Below, piece after piece: positions 9,310-19,503 of a DNA stretch of 64,000 nucleotides. Position 1 is the first letter of the stretch; each line of letters starts with the position of its first letter. The notes under the pieces were generated by a model. It saw nothing but the letters and a program-made list of their open reading frames with translations. It did not search any database and was not told the DNA's origin. This DNA comes from an uncultured Verrucomicrobiae bacterium (GTDB lineage Bacteria > Verrucomicrobiota > Verrucomicrobiia > Chthoniobacterales > JAFAMB01), in the NCBI GenBank assembly GCA_963813025.1, contig CAWEXO010000004.1, positions 1-64,000 of the forward strand. Direction: 5' to 3'. A program made the translations under genes and the position numbers.

Positions 9310-9623
9310 CTAGTGCGCCGTCTCATATATAACGATGACGTCGCCGCAGGTCAGTTGGCTGTTTTTCAAGGCGGTCCGAGCCGGACTGGCAGTAGAAGCG
9401 TCCATATCTGGATTCATACGGATCGAGGTCCAAGCCGGACTGGCAGTAGCAACGCCGAAAAACAGCCAACTGGCCGCGGCCCGAAGGGTTGCGTTGAAAA
9501 TGGGCCGGCGGCGGCGTTGCACCTCGGTCACGTATCGTTTCAGATATGCTCCCTCCTCGCGCCTTGCCGGCGGCCCATTTTGAACGCAACGACATCATCG
9601 GTATATATGAGACGGTGCACTAG
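9310..9623. mobile_element. MITE flanked by CTAG with about 30-bp terminal inverted repeats
   Basis: CTAGTGCGCCGTCTCATATATAACGATGA ... TCATCGGTATATATGAGACGGTGCACTAG; internal palindromes; a solo end at 16453-16467. Confidence 0.8.
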
Positions 9624-9912
9624 CCGCTGAGCCCGCCAAATGTCCAGGCGATGGCAAGACCGACACCAAATACGACCAAAAACAGCACGGTCATCACTCC
9701 CTTCCTTCCGGCTGAGGGCTGCGCAGCGGTCTGGTCGGATGATTTAGCCGATCGAGAAGTGTGCCAAAAGGTTAAACATTTCCGTGCGTCAACTACGTCG
9801 GCAGATTTGGAAAGAGAGACGAGATCGAATCGCAAAAGTTCGCATTGAATGGGAGGCGACACGCCGAATAGGGAAGTGAAGGACCTTCGGCGAAGTGCTA
9901 TGGATAACCGTT

Positions 9913-10692
9913 CTAAAGTTTGACGTAAACGTCTATAAAACGCTGCATCATGGCGTTAACTTGGTCCGGTACCTCCAAGGTTGGAAAATGGCCTGAACCA
10001 ACTACCTTGCCGACAACGAGTTGTGGACACACCTCCGAAAAGCGCGCCAGGTCACTATAACGGCCGCCGTTGTCTTCGATATATAGAATCGGTAACTTAC
10101 AGGCCTTGAGACGGTCGACGGCGTTATCATTCCAAGCGAACATCGTCTCAAAGTGCGCAATCCATTGTTGTTGAGGAACCGCCAAAAAGCTTTCCTTAGC
10201 GTAGGTTTTACAACGATCACTTGGCAAGCAGATCTGGTTAATCAATCCGCAAAGCGCGTCTTTATATGCTGGACTTCGGAGTCTCTCAAGAACATTTGCC
10301 TCATCAGCAAGGGCCGCACGGGGAAACAAAACGCCTGAACTGATTAAGACAGCTGCTGTTGAAAGAGATGGGTATTTTGCCGCGAACTCTACGGCTACCA
10401 TTCCACCCATGCTATGCCCAATGATGATTGCCTTTTGGATATTAAGCTGGTTGCAAAGATCGGCCAGATCTTCCGCATATTGTTCGATGGTGCCGTATTT
10501 CTCCAATCGACCGCTTTTCCCGTATCCCCTGAGGTCGAGGTTAATCGAACGATTCCGCTGAGAGAAAAAATCGAATTGAGGGGCTAAATGGGAGCGATCA
10601 GCCCCACCACCGTGAACGAAAAGAAACGACGGTGAATCCGTACCTGCGATATCAAAAGATAGCTCGACTCCATCGGAGGTTCTGATTTCCAT
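9913..10692 (-). CDS. Alpha/beta hydrolase
   Basis: FVHGGG, DLRGYGKS, GHSMGG nucleophile elbow, SGHF catalytic His. Confidence 0.9.
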   Translation of the reverse strand: MEIRTSDGVELSFDIAGTDSPSFLFVHGGGADRSHLAPQFDFFSQRNRSINLDLRGYGKSGRLEKYGTIEQYAEDLADLCNQLNIQKAIIIGHSMGGMVAVEFAAKYPSLSTAAVLISSGVLFPRAALADEANVLERLRSPAYKDALCGLINQICLPSDRCKTYAKESFLAVPQQQWIAHFETMFAWNDNAVDRLKACKLPILYIEDNGGRYSDLARFSEVCPQLVVGKVVGSGHFPTLEVPDQVNAMMQRFIDVYVKL

Positions 10693-10878
10693 GTTTTGAT
10701 CTTCGCTCAATACTTTTTGTGCTGGAAGCGAATAGTTTGAGCTCTCATTGTATCGCAGTACGATACTCTTGTCCGGGGATCCGCGAAGCGTTGGTTGCCG
10801 CGATTCCCATCGCAACCCTGGAGCGGATCACATCGGAGGCCGAGTCGGACGTGCGCCACCGCGCCAATCGGCCGACGC

Positions 10879-12273
10879 TTATACCACGTCGGGCGCGAGG
10901 TAGCGGATGCGCTTGTTCACGTCGGTGTTAATCGAATGATACGGCTGGGCGAGATTGGCCTGCGCAAAAAGTGTCGTGCGTTGATACTCCATGTCATCCC
11001 CACCGATGGCGTCGGTGAAAATCGGCACGAGGTAATCGATGCCCAGTCGTGATGGTTTCATCAGCTTCGGATCGTAGAGTTCGGCGTGCATGCGGCGCGC
11101 GTGAATAAGGCCCCAACGGTCGCGTAGACGGTTGGCATCATAGCCGTCTACGTGGAACCCTCGATTGGTGTCGTATTGCAAAATGGAGACGGCGTTGTTG
11201 CGACCTTCCAGCAGCAGCTCGACGGCTTTGGCACCGAGCTGTGCGGCATAAAAACGGTCGAATAATATCGGCCGTCCGCCGCGCTGAGTGTGGCCGACTT
11301 TTCGCGTGAAGATCGCTTCGCGCGCGGAGTTCCCGCGCCGATAGAGCTGGAAATACCTATCGCCGATGAGTTGGATGAGCTTGGTTCGCAACGCTTCGGC
11401 CGCGCCGGTCAGAACAATGTTTCCGGCGGGATCGGTCGATCTGGATTCGGCACCGAGCTCACGCCCCTGCTCATCGACGACGCCTTCTCCGCAGACGATG
11501 ACGACATTCTTTTGGAGGTCGTAAATGTTTTTCACTCGCGCCACGAGATGATCGAAGTCCAGGGGATGCTCCGGCACGAGGATGATGTCCGGGCGGCCGT
11601 ACGCGGTTCCAAGTGCGATGTAGCCGGAGTGCCGACCCATGACTTCGACAATCGCGATGCGCCGATGGCTTTCGGCGGTTGTGCGCAATCGCTCGATCCC
11701 ATTGGCGGAAACGAAAACCGCTGTCGCGTAGCCGGGGGTTACGTAATTCACAATCTGGTCGAGCGCGAACACGGCGCGGGATTCGCTGCGGCTGTAGTGA
11801 AATCGGTCCGCGCCACCCGGGTCCCGGACACGCACGATTTCGTCCGGCTCGCCCGGGTAATTGAGCCCGAGATCGTTATCGATTGTCTTCGGCGCGAGCA
11901 CAGCAGGAAACCGTTCAGCGAGCGGTTGGAGTCCATTGAGGGTGCCGTCACCGCCGACGCAGATGAGGCCCTCGATGCCCAGCTTAATCAAACGCGATGC
12001 AATGAGGTCGAGGCTTTCCTTTTTATCGGGATCGACAAAGTCGCGGGAGGAGCCGATGAGCGTGCCACCCTTGGTCGGGTCGAGCTCTGGGATAGGGTGG
12101 TAAAGCGGGTTGAGGTGGACATGCGGGACGCGTGGATTAAAGAGGCTGTTGAAACCTTTAATCAGGCCGATGATCTCGACCTTGAGCTGGTTCGCTCGCA
12201 CGACCGCCCCGTGAATCGTGGCATTCAATGCCGGCGTGTCGCCACCGGCGGTGAGGATGCCAATGCGTTTCAT
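10879..12273 (-). CDS. pfkA: 6-phosphofructokinase (PfkA family)
   Basis: IGILTAGGDTPALNA, GGTLIGSSR, VGGDGT, PKTIDND, EVMGRHSGYIA and GHTQRGG motifs. Confidence 0.9.
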   Translation of the reverse strand: MKRIGILTAGGDTPALNATIHGAVVRANQLKVEIIGLIKGFNSLFNPRVPHVHLNPLYHPIPELDPTKGGTLIGSSRDFVDPDKKESLDLIASRLIKLGIEGLICVGGDGTLNGLQPLAERFPAVLAPKTIDNDLGLNYPGEPDEIVRVRDPGGADRFHYSRSESRAVFALDQIVNYVTPGYATAVFVSANGIERLRTTAESHRRIAIVEVMGRHSGYIALGTAYGRPDIILVPEHPLDFDHLVARVKNIYDLQKNVVIVCGEGVVDEQGRELGAESRSTDPAGNIVLTGAAEALRTKLIQLIGDRYFQLYRRGNSAREAIFTRKVGHTQRGGRPILFDRFYAAQLGAKAVELLLEGRNNAVSILQYDTNRGFHVDGYDANRLRDRWGLIHARRMHAELYDPKLMKPSRLGIDYLVPIFTDAIGGDDMEYQRTTLFAQANLAQPYHSINTDVNKRIRYLAPDVV

Positions 12274-12570
12274 GTCAATTCTGTCGACGCATTGTTGCGC
12301 GGCGACGATGTTGTCCATTCCCTCGCGAAGAGGTCCACCTCCTGCAGCTCGGGCCGAAGCATCGCATCGGTGAAGAGGACGCCGGGATGATTAAAGACGC
12401 AACCGAAAAAGGCGGCGACGAAACGTCTGGTGATCCGGTAGCCAAGCAGACTTGCGCGAACCGTAAGGCCGTCGTGCTCGAAGTCGCAACATTTTTCCAG
12501 GTAGCCGCCATCGTTAAGAAAACGCGGGTGATCGCTTGTCCGTGAAAATCTTTTTTTCCTGCGAGGATTT

Positions 12571-12692
12571 ACGAGGAGCTGAACAGTTTGAAGATTCACC
12601 GGCAAAGATGCCGGTGTCACGGCGGGAAAGTGGCACAGGCTTCCAGCCTGTCACTGGACTCTGCACGGCCGCTTTGGTTGCAGCTCCGCCGC
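12571..12692. repeat. Family B repeat (ACCGGCAAGATGCCGGT / GTGGCACAGGCTTCCAGCCTGTCAC)
   Basis: Related copies at about 16753-16862, 24460-24630 (reverse, split), 41781-41818 (partial) and 49385-49458 (reverse). Confidence 0.8.
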
Positions 12693-12696
12693 GCTA

Positions 12697-12901
12697 GGAA
12701 TTCTCCAACTTTTGGAGACGGAGAAGCAGCTTCTCCGGATCAGCGAGCAGATGAGTCTCGAGCCCGATCTGGCCGCGGCAGGCTGCGCACTCACGCAGCT
12801 CGGCGGTGCCAGCCCGGCTGTGCAGTTCGACAACATCAAAGGCTACACCAACGCCCGGGTCGTGGTGAATGTGCACGGCTCGTGGGTCAACCATGCGCTA
12901 G
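12697..12901 (+). pseudogene. UbiD-family hydroxyaromatic acid decarboxylase subunit C, N-terminal fragment
   Basis: LETEKQLLRISEQMSLEPDLAAAG...FDNIKGYTNARVVVNVHGSWVNHAL matches the VdcC/BsdC N-terminus; truncated. Confidence 0.75.
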
Positions 12902-13255
12902 TGCACGCTGCGGATCAATGGGCCTGATTTCGAGCAAAAGGCCGCAGTCCAAACACGGGTCGCCTTTGGCGATCTGTACGGCTTCGTCGAGACTCTGAGC
13001 GACAATGAACCAGTAGCCGCCAATCGCTTCTTTGGATTCACCAAAGGGGCCGTCTGTTATCACATTCTTCCGCGCGACAGTTTTACCTTCAAACATGAGC
13101 CGTTGCCCGGCCTTCATTTTTCCTTCGCTAATCAATCGATCATACCAGATGTAAAATTTCTCCGTTGCGCTCTGTATTTCATTTGGGGAGAGGGTCTTGT
13201 CCCACTGTCCCCTGCAGATTGCTAGATATTCGGCTGTAGGAGGCTGCTCGCTCAT
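12887..13255 (-). CDS. YciI-family (DGPF) protein
   Basis: ITDGPFGESKEAIGGYWFIVAQSLDEAVQIA motif. Confidence 0.9.
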   Translation of the reverse strand: MSEQPPTAEYLAICRGQWDKTLSPNEIQSATEKFYIWYDRLISEGKMKAGQRLMFEGKTVARKNVITDGPFGESKEAIGGYWFIVAQSLDEAVQIAKGDPCLDCGLLLEIRPIDPQRALAHG

Positions 13256-13449
13256 GATTGTCTGGTTACGCCCTGATATCGGCCGGCGTCAAGCGAGCCC
13301 AGCCCGTTTTCGCGTACCGTTCTAGTCACCCGTTGATCGTCCACGTCTCGAACTTGTGCGATCGTGGAGAAGGCACATGCACTGGGTCAGTTATGCCAAC
13401 TGGCGGACAGAATTGTCCGCTTAAGCCAAAGTGGTACGTTTTACCGTCT

Positions 13450-16224
13450 ATGCCAATCCGCAAATCCGTTAGTGCCGCCGGCCAGCGTGTAGCACGACAA
13501 TCCGCCCTAAAACTCTTTACTGATCGAAACCATGAGCGCGAGCTTCTGCGCCATTTCTTCGAACGATTGGCTAGGGTCCACGGGGTGCACGACGTACGGT
13601 CCGAAAAGCCACTCCTGAGTATTTGGGGAGTCGGTGGGATCGGCAAAACTAAACTGTTGGAGAAAGCCATAGAAGAACTTGGCCAGAGGCTTGCCGGGCT
13701 ACGGTTGATTTCTCTCGATCTGGATCATGACCGGTGGACACCATCTTCCTCTGTGGCCGAGTTCTTCTGGCATTTGCGTTCTCGGCTATGGGAGGCAAAA
13801 CCGCGCGGCATCGGAGGCGGAGCCCGCATTGAAACACCGCTTTTCGATTATCTCTATTTCGCTCTCTGGCGAGCGCAGCATCCGGGTGAGAATTTTGCTT
13901 TGAATGACAGCGTGTTAAAGGACCTCCTAAACACTTCCACGCTAGGCACCACGATTCTCGCGGAAGCATCCGGGAAGCTGGCCGCGGGAGTTTACGATGT
14001 CGCTACTGCAGGTTCTGCCGTGGGTGGTCTGTTTCAGTTGCTCGGTAAAGCGCTGACTTACTTGCGCAACCGAGATCGCAAGGGCTTGTTGAATAAACGC
14101 GGGCTAAACCCTGAGTCCATGACTGAAAAGGACATGGAGGCGGAGTTGGCGCCCGTGCTAGCCGCGGATGTGGAGCAATGGCTGGAGGACCATCCCAATG
14201 ACGCGCTTTGCGTCGCGATCGATGGGTTTGAACGTATTCAATCAACCACTCTAGCAGAGGACATCCAGAAATATTTGGCCGACTGGTGCGGGATACTGAC
14301 GGATCCCGACGGGGCGTTCTCCGGACGCTTTGGCTGCGTGTTGCTTGGGCGAAATAAGAACCGTTGGGATGAGCTTTACGACACGGAATGGCAGACGCGA
14401 ATCAGTGAACACTCCGTTGGCGGACTCGGAAAAGAAGACGCGCTGAGATTTCTAGAATCGGCAGGGACTTATCATAAAGAACACGGAGACCTGACTACGG
14501 CCGACAATTTGCGAAAACACGCGGACGCGATCCTTGCGGTCACTCGGGAGCAGCGTAGCCAGGACAAACCGTCGTCATTCCACCCTTATTACCTCGACCT
14601 CGCCTATGGCATTGTCTATGAGCAGGGAGTTCACTTCCGACCCGCTGACTTAGGCCAAACGCCGGCTGAACTGCAAATCCGCTTTCTTCGCTATCTACAA
14701 ACAGGGCAGCGAGGGGTGTTCGAAACCTTTCGTTGCCTGGCACTAGCTGGCACCTTCGATGAAGCGCTTTTCGATCATCTTGTTGCGTTACGCTTGATTC
14801 CAGCTGGCTTCCATTTCGCGGCCCTCACCGGAGAGGATTACTCTTACGTGGAGGAAATTCGCGATCTTCCCGGAACATTCCGGTTCCATCGATTGATGGA
14901 ACTAGCCCTCATTAAAGATCAGTCAGCAAAGGCAGAGGACCGGCCCGTGGCTCGCGAGCGTATTGATGCGATCTTGGACTATTTCAAAAACAAGGCGGAG
15001 TTTTCGAAACTCGCCGACTGTTCCCAATGGCATCTCAGTGCATACCAGAAAGGGATGACGATAGCGTTCGACAGGCATCATGACGGTTTATTAGACTTTC
15101 CGTCTTTGGATGCGTTCTTCCTCGCACTGGAAGAGCCATTTGATTTCACAGCGTTTGTCGGTGCGCGAATCGATTGGTGGCGCAAGCTGGCTCATCTGTG
15201 GAAGCGCCATCAGCCAGAGGATGAGCGTTCATTAGACACCTTGTCTGGTCTTGCTGCAATGCTGCATGCGCAAGGCCAATATGGAGAGGCAGAAGATGTG
15301 GAACGTCAGATCCTTCAAAGCTCTGAGCGCGTGCTTGGGTCCGACCACCCGAACACACTGTCGTCGATGAACAACCTGGCCCAGACGCTGAAAGCGCAAG
15401 GAGACCTGGCCAAGGCACACGAGCTCCAGGAGCAGGTGGTCGAAGCCATGGCTCGGCTGCTGGGTAAGGAGCACCCGGACACACTGACGTCGATGAACAA
15501 CCTGGCCCAAACGTTATATGCACAAGGAGATCTGACCGGGGCACGCAAGCTCCAGGAGGAGGTGCTTGAGGCCATGGCTCGGCTGCTGGGTAAGGAGCAC
15601 CCGGACACACTGACGTCGATGAACAACCTGGCCCAGACGCTGAAAGCGCAAGGAGATCTGGCCAGGGCGCACAAGCTCCAGGAGCAGGTGCTTGAGGCCA
15701 GGGCTCGGCTGCTGGGTAAGGAGCATCCGGACACACTGACGTCGATGAACAACCTGGCCCAGACGCTTTACGCGCAAGGAGATCCGGCCGGGGCACGCAA
15801 GCTCCAGGAGCAGGTGCTTGAGGCCATGGCTCGGCTGCTGGGTAAGGAGCACCCGAACACGCTGACGTCCATGAACAACCTGGCCCAGACGCTTTACGCG
15901 CAAGGAGATCTGGCCCGGGCACGCGAGCTCCAGGAGCAGGTCCTCGAGGCCAGGACTCGGCTGCTGGGTAAGGAGCACCCGCACACACTGACGTCGATGA
16001 ACAACCTGGCCCAAACGTTATATGCAGAAGGAGATCCGGCCGGGGCACGCAAGCTCCAGGAGCAGGTGCTCGAGGCCATGGCTCGGCTGCTGGGTAAGGA
16101 GCACCCAAACACACTGACGTCGATGCTCAACTTGGCCCAGATGCTGCAAGCGGAAGGAGATTTGGCCGGGGCCGAGCGGCTTTACCGACTGGCGCTGGAA
16201 GGCCGCAAGCGCGTGCTTGGATAA
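13450..16224 (+). CDS. P-loop NTPase (STAND-like) with C-terminal 42-aa TPR repeats
   Basis: FTDRNHE, Walker A GVGGIGKT, Walker B-like VAIDGFE; seven HPxTLTSMNNLA repeats. Start uncertain. Confidence 0.85.
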   Translation: MPIRKSVSAAGQRVARQSALKLFTDRNHERELLRHFFERLARVHGVHDVRSEKPLLSIWGVGGIGKTKLLEKAIEELGQRLAGLRLISLDLDHDRWTPSSSVAEFFWHLRSRLWEAKPRGIGGGARIETPLFDYLYFALWRAQHPGENFALNDSVLKDLLNTSTLGTTILAEASGKLAAGVYDVATAGSAVGGLFQLLGKALTYLRNRDRKGLLNKRGLNPESMTEKDMEAELAPVLAADVEQWLEDHPNDALCVAIDGFERIQSTTLAEDIQKYLADWCGILTDPDGAFSGRFGCVLLGRNKNRWDELYDTEWQTRISEHSVGGLGKEDALRFLESAGTYHKEHGDLTTADNLRKHADAILAVTREQRSQDKPSSFHPYYLDLAYGIVYEQGVHFRPADLGQTPAELQIRFLRYLQTGQRGVFETFRCLALAGTFDEALFDHLVALRLIPAGFHFAALTGEDYSYVEEIRDLPGTFRFHRLMELALIKDQSAKAEDRPVARERIDAILDYFKNKAEFSKLADCSQWHLSAYQKGMTIAFDRHHDGLLDFPSLDAFFLALEEPFDFTAFVGARIDWWRKLAHLWKRHQPEDERSLDTLSGLAAMLHAQGQYGEAEDVERQILQSSERVLGSDHPNTLSSMNNLAQTLKAQGDLAKAHELQEQVVEAMARLLGKEHPDTLTSMNNLAQTLYAQGDLTGARKLQEEVLEAMARLLGKEHPDTLTSMNNLAQTLKAQGDLARAHKLQEQVLEARARLLGKEHPDTLTSMNNLAQTLYAQGDPAGARKLQEQVLEAMARLLGKEHPNTLTSMNNLAQTLYAQGDLARARELQEQVLEARTRLLGKEHPHTLTSMNNLAQTLYAEGDPAGARKLQEQVLEAMARLLGKEHPNTLTSMLNLAQMLQAEGDLAGAERLYRLALEGRKRVLG
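15346..16221 (+). repeat. Seven tandem 126-bp TPR-coding repeats
   Basis: Near-identical CACCCGGACACACTGACGTCGATGAACAACCTGGCCCA units at 126-bp period. Confidence 0.9.
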
Positions 16225-16517
16225 CCACGCACTCTGTCTGCCAGCCATGGATCGTTCTCGAGAGCCGGCAATCCTTCGCTCCACGTTCTGAAGAGGGTTA
16301 CTGTCACTTTTCCGTTGAAAAAGTGCTTCTCCAAAGCAGCGTTTTGGTACGTTATCACAAGGTTAGTTTGCCAGGTTTTCGAACTCCGCCGGGGTGAATC
16401 CGATCGATCCGTTTCCGGCTGTGCTTGGGCCCGCGATGGCATCATTATATGAGAGACGGTGCACTAGCTGCACATCTTCCTTGGCCCGAGCACTCGGATT
16501 ACTCCGCCGTTCCAGCC

Positions 16518-16750
16518 TCAAGGGAGCAATTCGCGAACGCGCTGAGCAAAGACCTCGTAAACGATGCTGCGCGGAGCAGCGTACACGCACCGGATAATCC
16601 TACTTTCGCTTCGAACGTGATAGAAAAAAATGCTCCGATACCGCAGTACGCGCAGCCGATAAAAACCCTCGAGTTCGCCTTCAAGCGGTCGGATATCTCC
16701 TTTTTCCTTTTCCAGGTTCTTGAAACTGCGCCGCAGGGCTTGGCGCGAGG
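16518..16750 (-). pseudogene. RelE-like toxin, N-terminus replaced by a family B repeat
   Basis: GDIRPLEGELEGFYRLRVLRYRSIFFY...RSIVYE; upstream codons come from the repeat. Confidence 0.65.
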
Positions 16751-16926
16751 TTACGAGGAGCTGAACAGTTTGAAGATTGACCGGCAAGATGCCGGTGTCC
16801 GGGTGGAAAAGTGGCACAGGCTTTCAGCCTGTCAGTGGACTGCGCGGCCGCTTTGGTTGCGGCCACGCCGCGCTGTGCACACCGTGGCCTCTGTGCGTTG
16901 CACGACGTTGCGAATAGATTTCCTGG

Positions 16927-19158
16927 ATGTGGCTCAACCAGCAACTGACGAAGCTGTTGACGGGTGCCAGATGCCGCATTAAGCCGTTGAGCGCAACCAA
17001 TAATTTTATCAGAGAGAAATTGGAACCACTATCAATTGACGAACCCGTCGGGCTCACCCCTTCGAGCCGCGGTTCTCGCCTTCAACAGAGCGTTTCGATT
17101 CCTTTGAAGGCCTGCGTTTATTGGAACACTTTTTTCGCAACACTCGTTGTTCTGAGTTGCGCTTCTGCGGTCTTCAGGGTTCCGATCAGACGATCTTCCT
17201 GGTTCTTGCTAGGAGCTTCACTGTGTCTCGGACTTTACCTGGCTTCGCATTTGCGGGTCCAAGTCATCGTGAGGTGTCTCGTTCACTCTGGGATTGCGCT
17301 TGCTGCTGGACTGAGTGCAGCCTTTCTGTCCACCCGATTCCTCTATACCGGCTTTCTCAGTTGGTATCCCGATGCATGGTCCTACTGTGGTTTCGCCCAG
17401 TACCTGGAAAAATATTCGCGTGGTCTACTTCCTGGATCCAATCCAATGACCGCGATGGCCGCGGGCTTGTCGGGAACTCGTTTTGGAACACCGGCTCTGC
17501 TCGCCCTCTTCAACAACTTGACAAGAGTCAACGTTGTCACCTGCGCTGTCTTTTTTTGGTGTTTCGTCACGATTACGCTTTATCTCGGCAGCTACCTGTT
17601 GGCCAGGGCATGCAAATTCAAGACTTTTGGCGCGATTTTCTTCGCTCTGTTCTGCGTGACGAGTGGCTCGGCCTTGGACGCTCTGCTTATCGGGAGTTGG
17701 GATAACCTGCTCTTCGTGTGTTTTCTGCCCGGAGTAATTGCCAGTAGTATTCTTCTAAGCAAAAGATCATTCTCGAGGCGATTCCTTATTCTGGTGGCGG
17801 TGCCACTGGGCGCGTTGTTCTATGTCTATCCGGAAGGCGTCCTCATTTCGGCTGTTCTCTTTTCTCCTTTATTGTTTTTGCTGACCTTGAGGCTATTGAG
17901 AGGTGCGCCGCAGCGCATATGGCAATTTCTGCTGCTCATCTGCGGTGCGATAATCGTGGCGTTACCCTATTTGCCGATCTTTTCGCCTTTCATCGTCCAG
18001 CAGCTCGCTACCGGAGCTCATCATCCGCGCCCAGGTGAGGGTACTTTTCCGAGGCTTTTGGCCATCAATCCTGACTTGTTGCCTTCTCTGCTCGGATTCG
18101 GGACTGAGTTCGGCACAGTCAAGGTCGGTCTATCGGACCACATTCTGGCAGTTGCGGCCTTTGTCACCTTGGCTGCCGGATTCGTCGGCGCCAACAAAAT
18201 TGTGAAAAGCCTCACTTGGTCCCTTCTCCCGCTGGGTGGGCTGCTTCTTTGGTTCGAGTTGCGCGAGAAGTGGGACTATGCCGCCTTCAAGCTGCTCTTG
18301 ATTGCCTTGCCGGCTTATGGAATTGCGCTGTGCCAGGGAGCCATGAATCTCAGCAGCATCTTCTCGGATAAGCGCACGCGCATATTCCTATCGGCCGCGA
18401 TTCTATTTCTGCCGCCATGGGTCGGCAGGGTGTCACATTCGTGGCTCTTCGCAAAACAACCGGCCATCGCGCTCGACCCCTACAATACACGCAGTCTCCA
18501 CAAGTACGCGGATCTGGTCCAAGTTGTTCGGATCGCCCAAAAGCGTCCGATTCTTTTTCTAGCAGACGATGAAGCCAAGCTGGCTTGGGGCCTGATTTTT
18601 CTGAATGGCTCTTCTCTCGTGGTCCCGACTAAACCTTGGTATCTGGCTGCACCTGGGTATATGGCTCTGGCCGCTCGAATGGAACCGGTGCGCGGCCCTG
18701 TCGATCTTGTGCTAAGCGAGTTTGCAAGCGGGACCAGTCGCTGGAACAACGGCATTCTATTTCTCCGGCAAGTCTCCGAGGGGGGCACCATTGTCAATGT
18801 GCAAGCTCCTTGCGGTCTGGAAAACCAAGGCGATGAGACGTGCTTTTGGATGGACAAGCGACCCGTCACAATTTCCGTTTATTGTCTTCGGCCAGAGCGC
18901 GCGCGACTAACCGTCTCTGGTTGGTCGCCTGGCCCAGATATCGCGCAACAGGGGCAGACCTCGGTTCGGTTCCAGCTAGGTAGCCACATCAAGACGCTTA
19001 GTCCGGATCAACGAGAGCTTGGCGTGGTAGATCTCAGAGCCGGATTAAACCAAATTTCGCTTCAGTGCCTGGCCGAAGATAATGGTGCAACAAATAGCAA
19101 CGGTGATCCCCGACGCCTGCTGATTGGTTTGAAGGGCTTGACTCTGGAGTCCAAATGA
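16927..19158 (+). CDS. Polytopic membrane protein, possible GT-C-fold glycosyltransferase
   Basis: More than 10 hydrophobic segments, early loop with DAWSY, soluble C-terminal domain; lies in the glycan locus. Start uncertain. Confidence 0.6.
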   Translation: MWLNQQLTKLLTGARCRIKPLSATNNFIREKLEPLSIDEPVGLTPSSRGSRLQQSVSIPLKACVYWNTFFATLVVLSCASAVFRVPIRRSSWFLLGASLCLGLYLASHLRVQVIVRCLVHSGIALAAGLSAAFLSTRFLYTGFLSWYPDAWSYCGFAQYLEKYSRGLLPGSNPMTAMAAGLSGTRFGTPALLALFNNLTRVNVVTCAVFFWCFVTITLYLGSYLLARACKFKTFGAIFFALFCVTSGSALDALLIGSWDNLLFVCFLPGVIASSILLSKRSFSRRFLILVAVPLGALFYVYPEGVLISAVLFSPLLFLLTLRLLRGAPQRIWQFLLLICGAIIVALPYLPIFSPFIVQQLATGAHHPRPGEGTFPRLLAINPDLLPSLLGFGTEFGTVKVGLSDHILAVAAFVTLAAGFVGANKIVKSLTWSLLPLGGLLLWFELREKWDYAAFKLLLIALPAYGIALCQGAMNLSSIFSDKRTRIFLSAAILFLPPWVGRVSHSWLFAKQPAIALDPYNTRSLHKYADLVQVVRIAQKRPILFLADDEAKLAWGLIFLNGSSLVVPTKPWYLAAPGYMALAARMEPVRGPVDLVLSEFASGTSRWNNGILFLRQVSEGGTIVNVQAPCGLENQGDETCFWMDKRPVTISVYCLRPERARLTVSGWSPGPDIAQQGQTSVRFQLGSHIKTLSPDQRELGVVDLRAGLNQISLQCLAEDNGATNSNGDPRRLLIGLKGLTLESK

Positions 19159-19268
19159 GAAACTCGGAGCAAAGTAGCAATGGCCAAGGCCTGTCTGTCG
19201 GCAATCTGTGAAAAAGTTGACCGCGCGAGAGTTAGAGCTCGTCTCAGAATGCCGCACTGTCCTGTGCC

Positions 19269-19394
19269 GGTAGGGCGAAAATTTATTCGAGCCTTAGCGA
19301 GAACTTGTTTGAGCCGGACGCTGAGGTGAGCCAGCCGCTCAGGCGGCTCAAACAAGTTCTCGCCCAAGGGGCTCGAATAAATTTTCGCCCTACC
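19269..19394. repeat. Family A repeat
   Basis: GGTAGGGCGAAAATTTATTCGAGCC...GGCTCGAATAAATTTTCGCCCTACC between convergent genes. Confidence 0.9.
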
Positions 19395-19503
19395 GAAACA
19401 GGACCGATAAGGTGCGGAGTGCTTAGAGCCGTCACACCAATCAGCAAATCGGGTCATCTCACCTTTCGCTACGTAATGGGCCAAAGCTAAAACCTCAGTT
19501 TGA

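Noticed and set aside
9373..9449. 23-bp direct repeat with a spacer-sized gap
   Set aside because: Two copies only, inside a MITE; not an array.
11290..12390. Long antisense ORFs (also 8131-9006, 15146-16114, 59692-60546)
   Set aside because: Shadows of well-supported genes on the opposite strand in GC-rich DNA.
15346..16221. Regular repeats resembling a CRISPR array or DGR
   Set aside because: They are contiguous in-frame 126-bp TPR units with no unique spacers, and no cas or reverse transcriptase gene is present.
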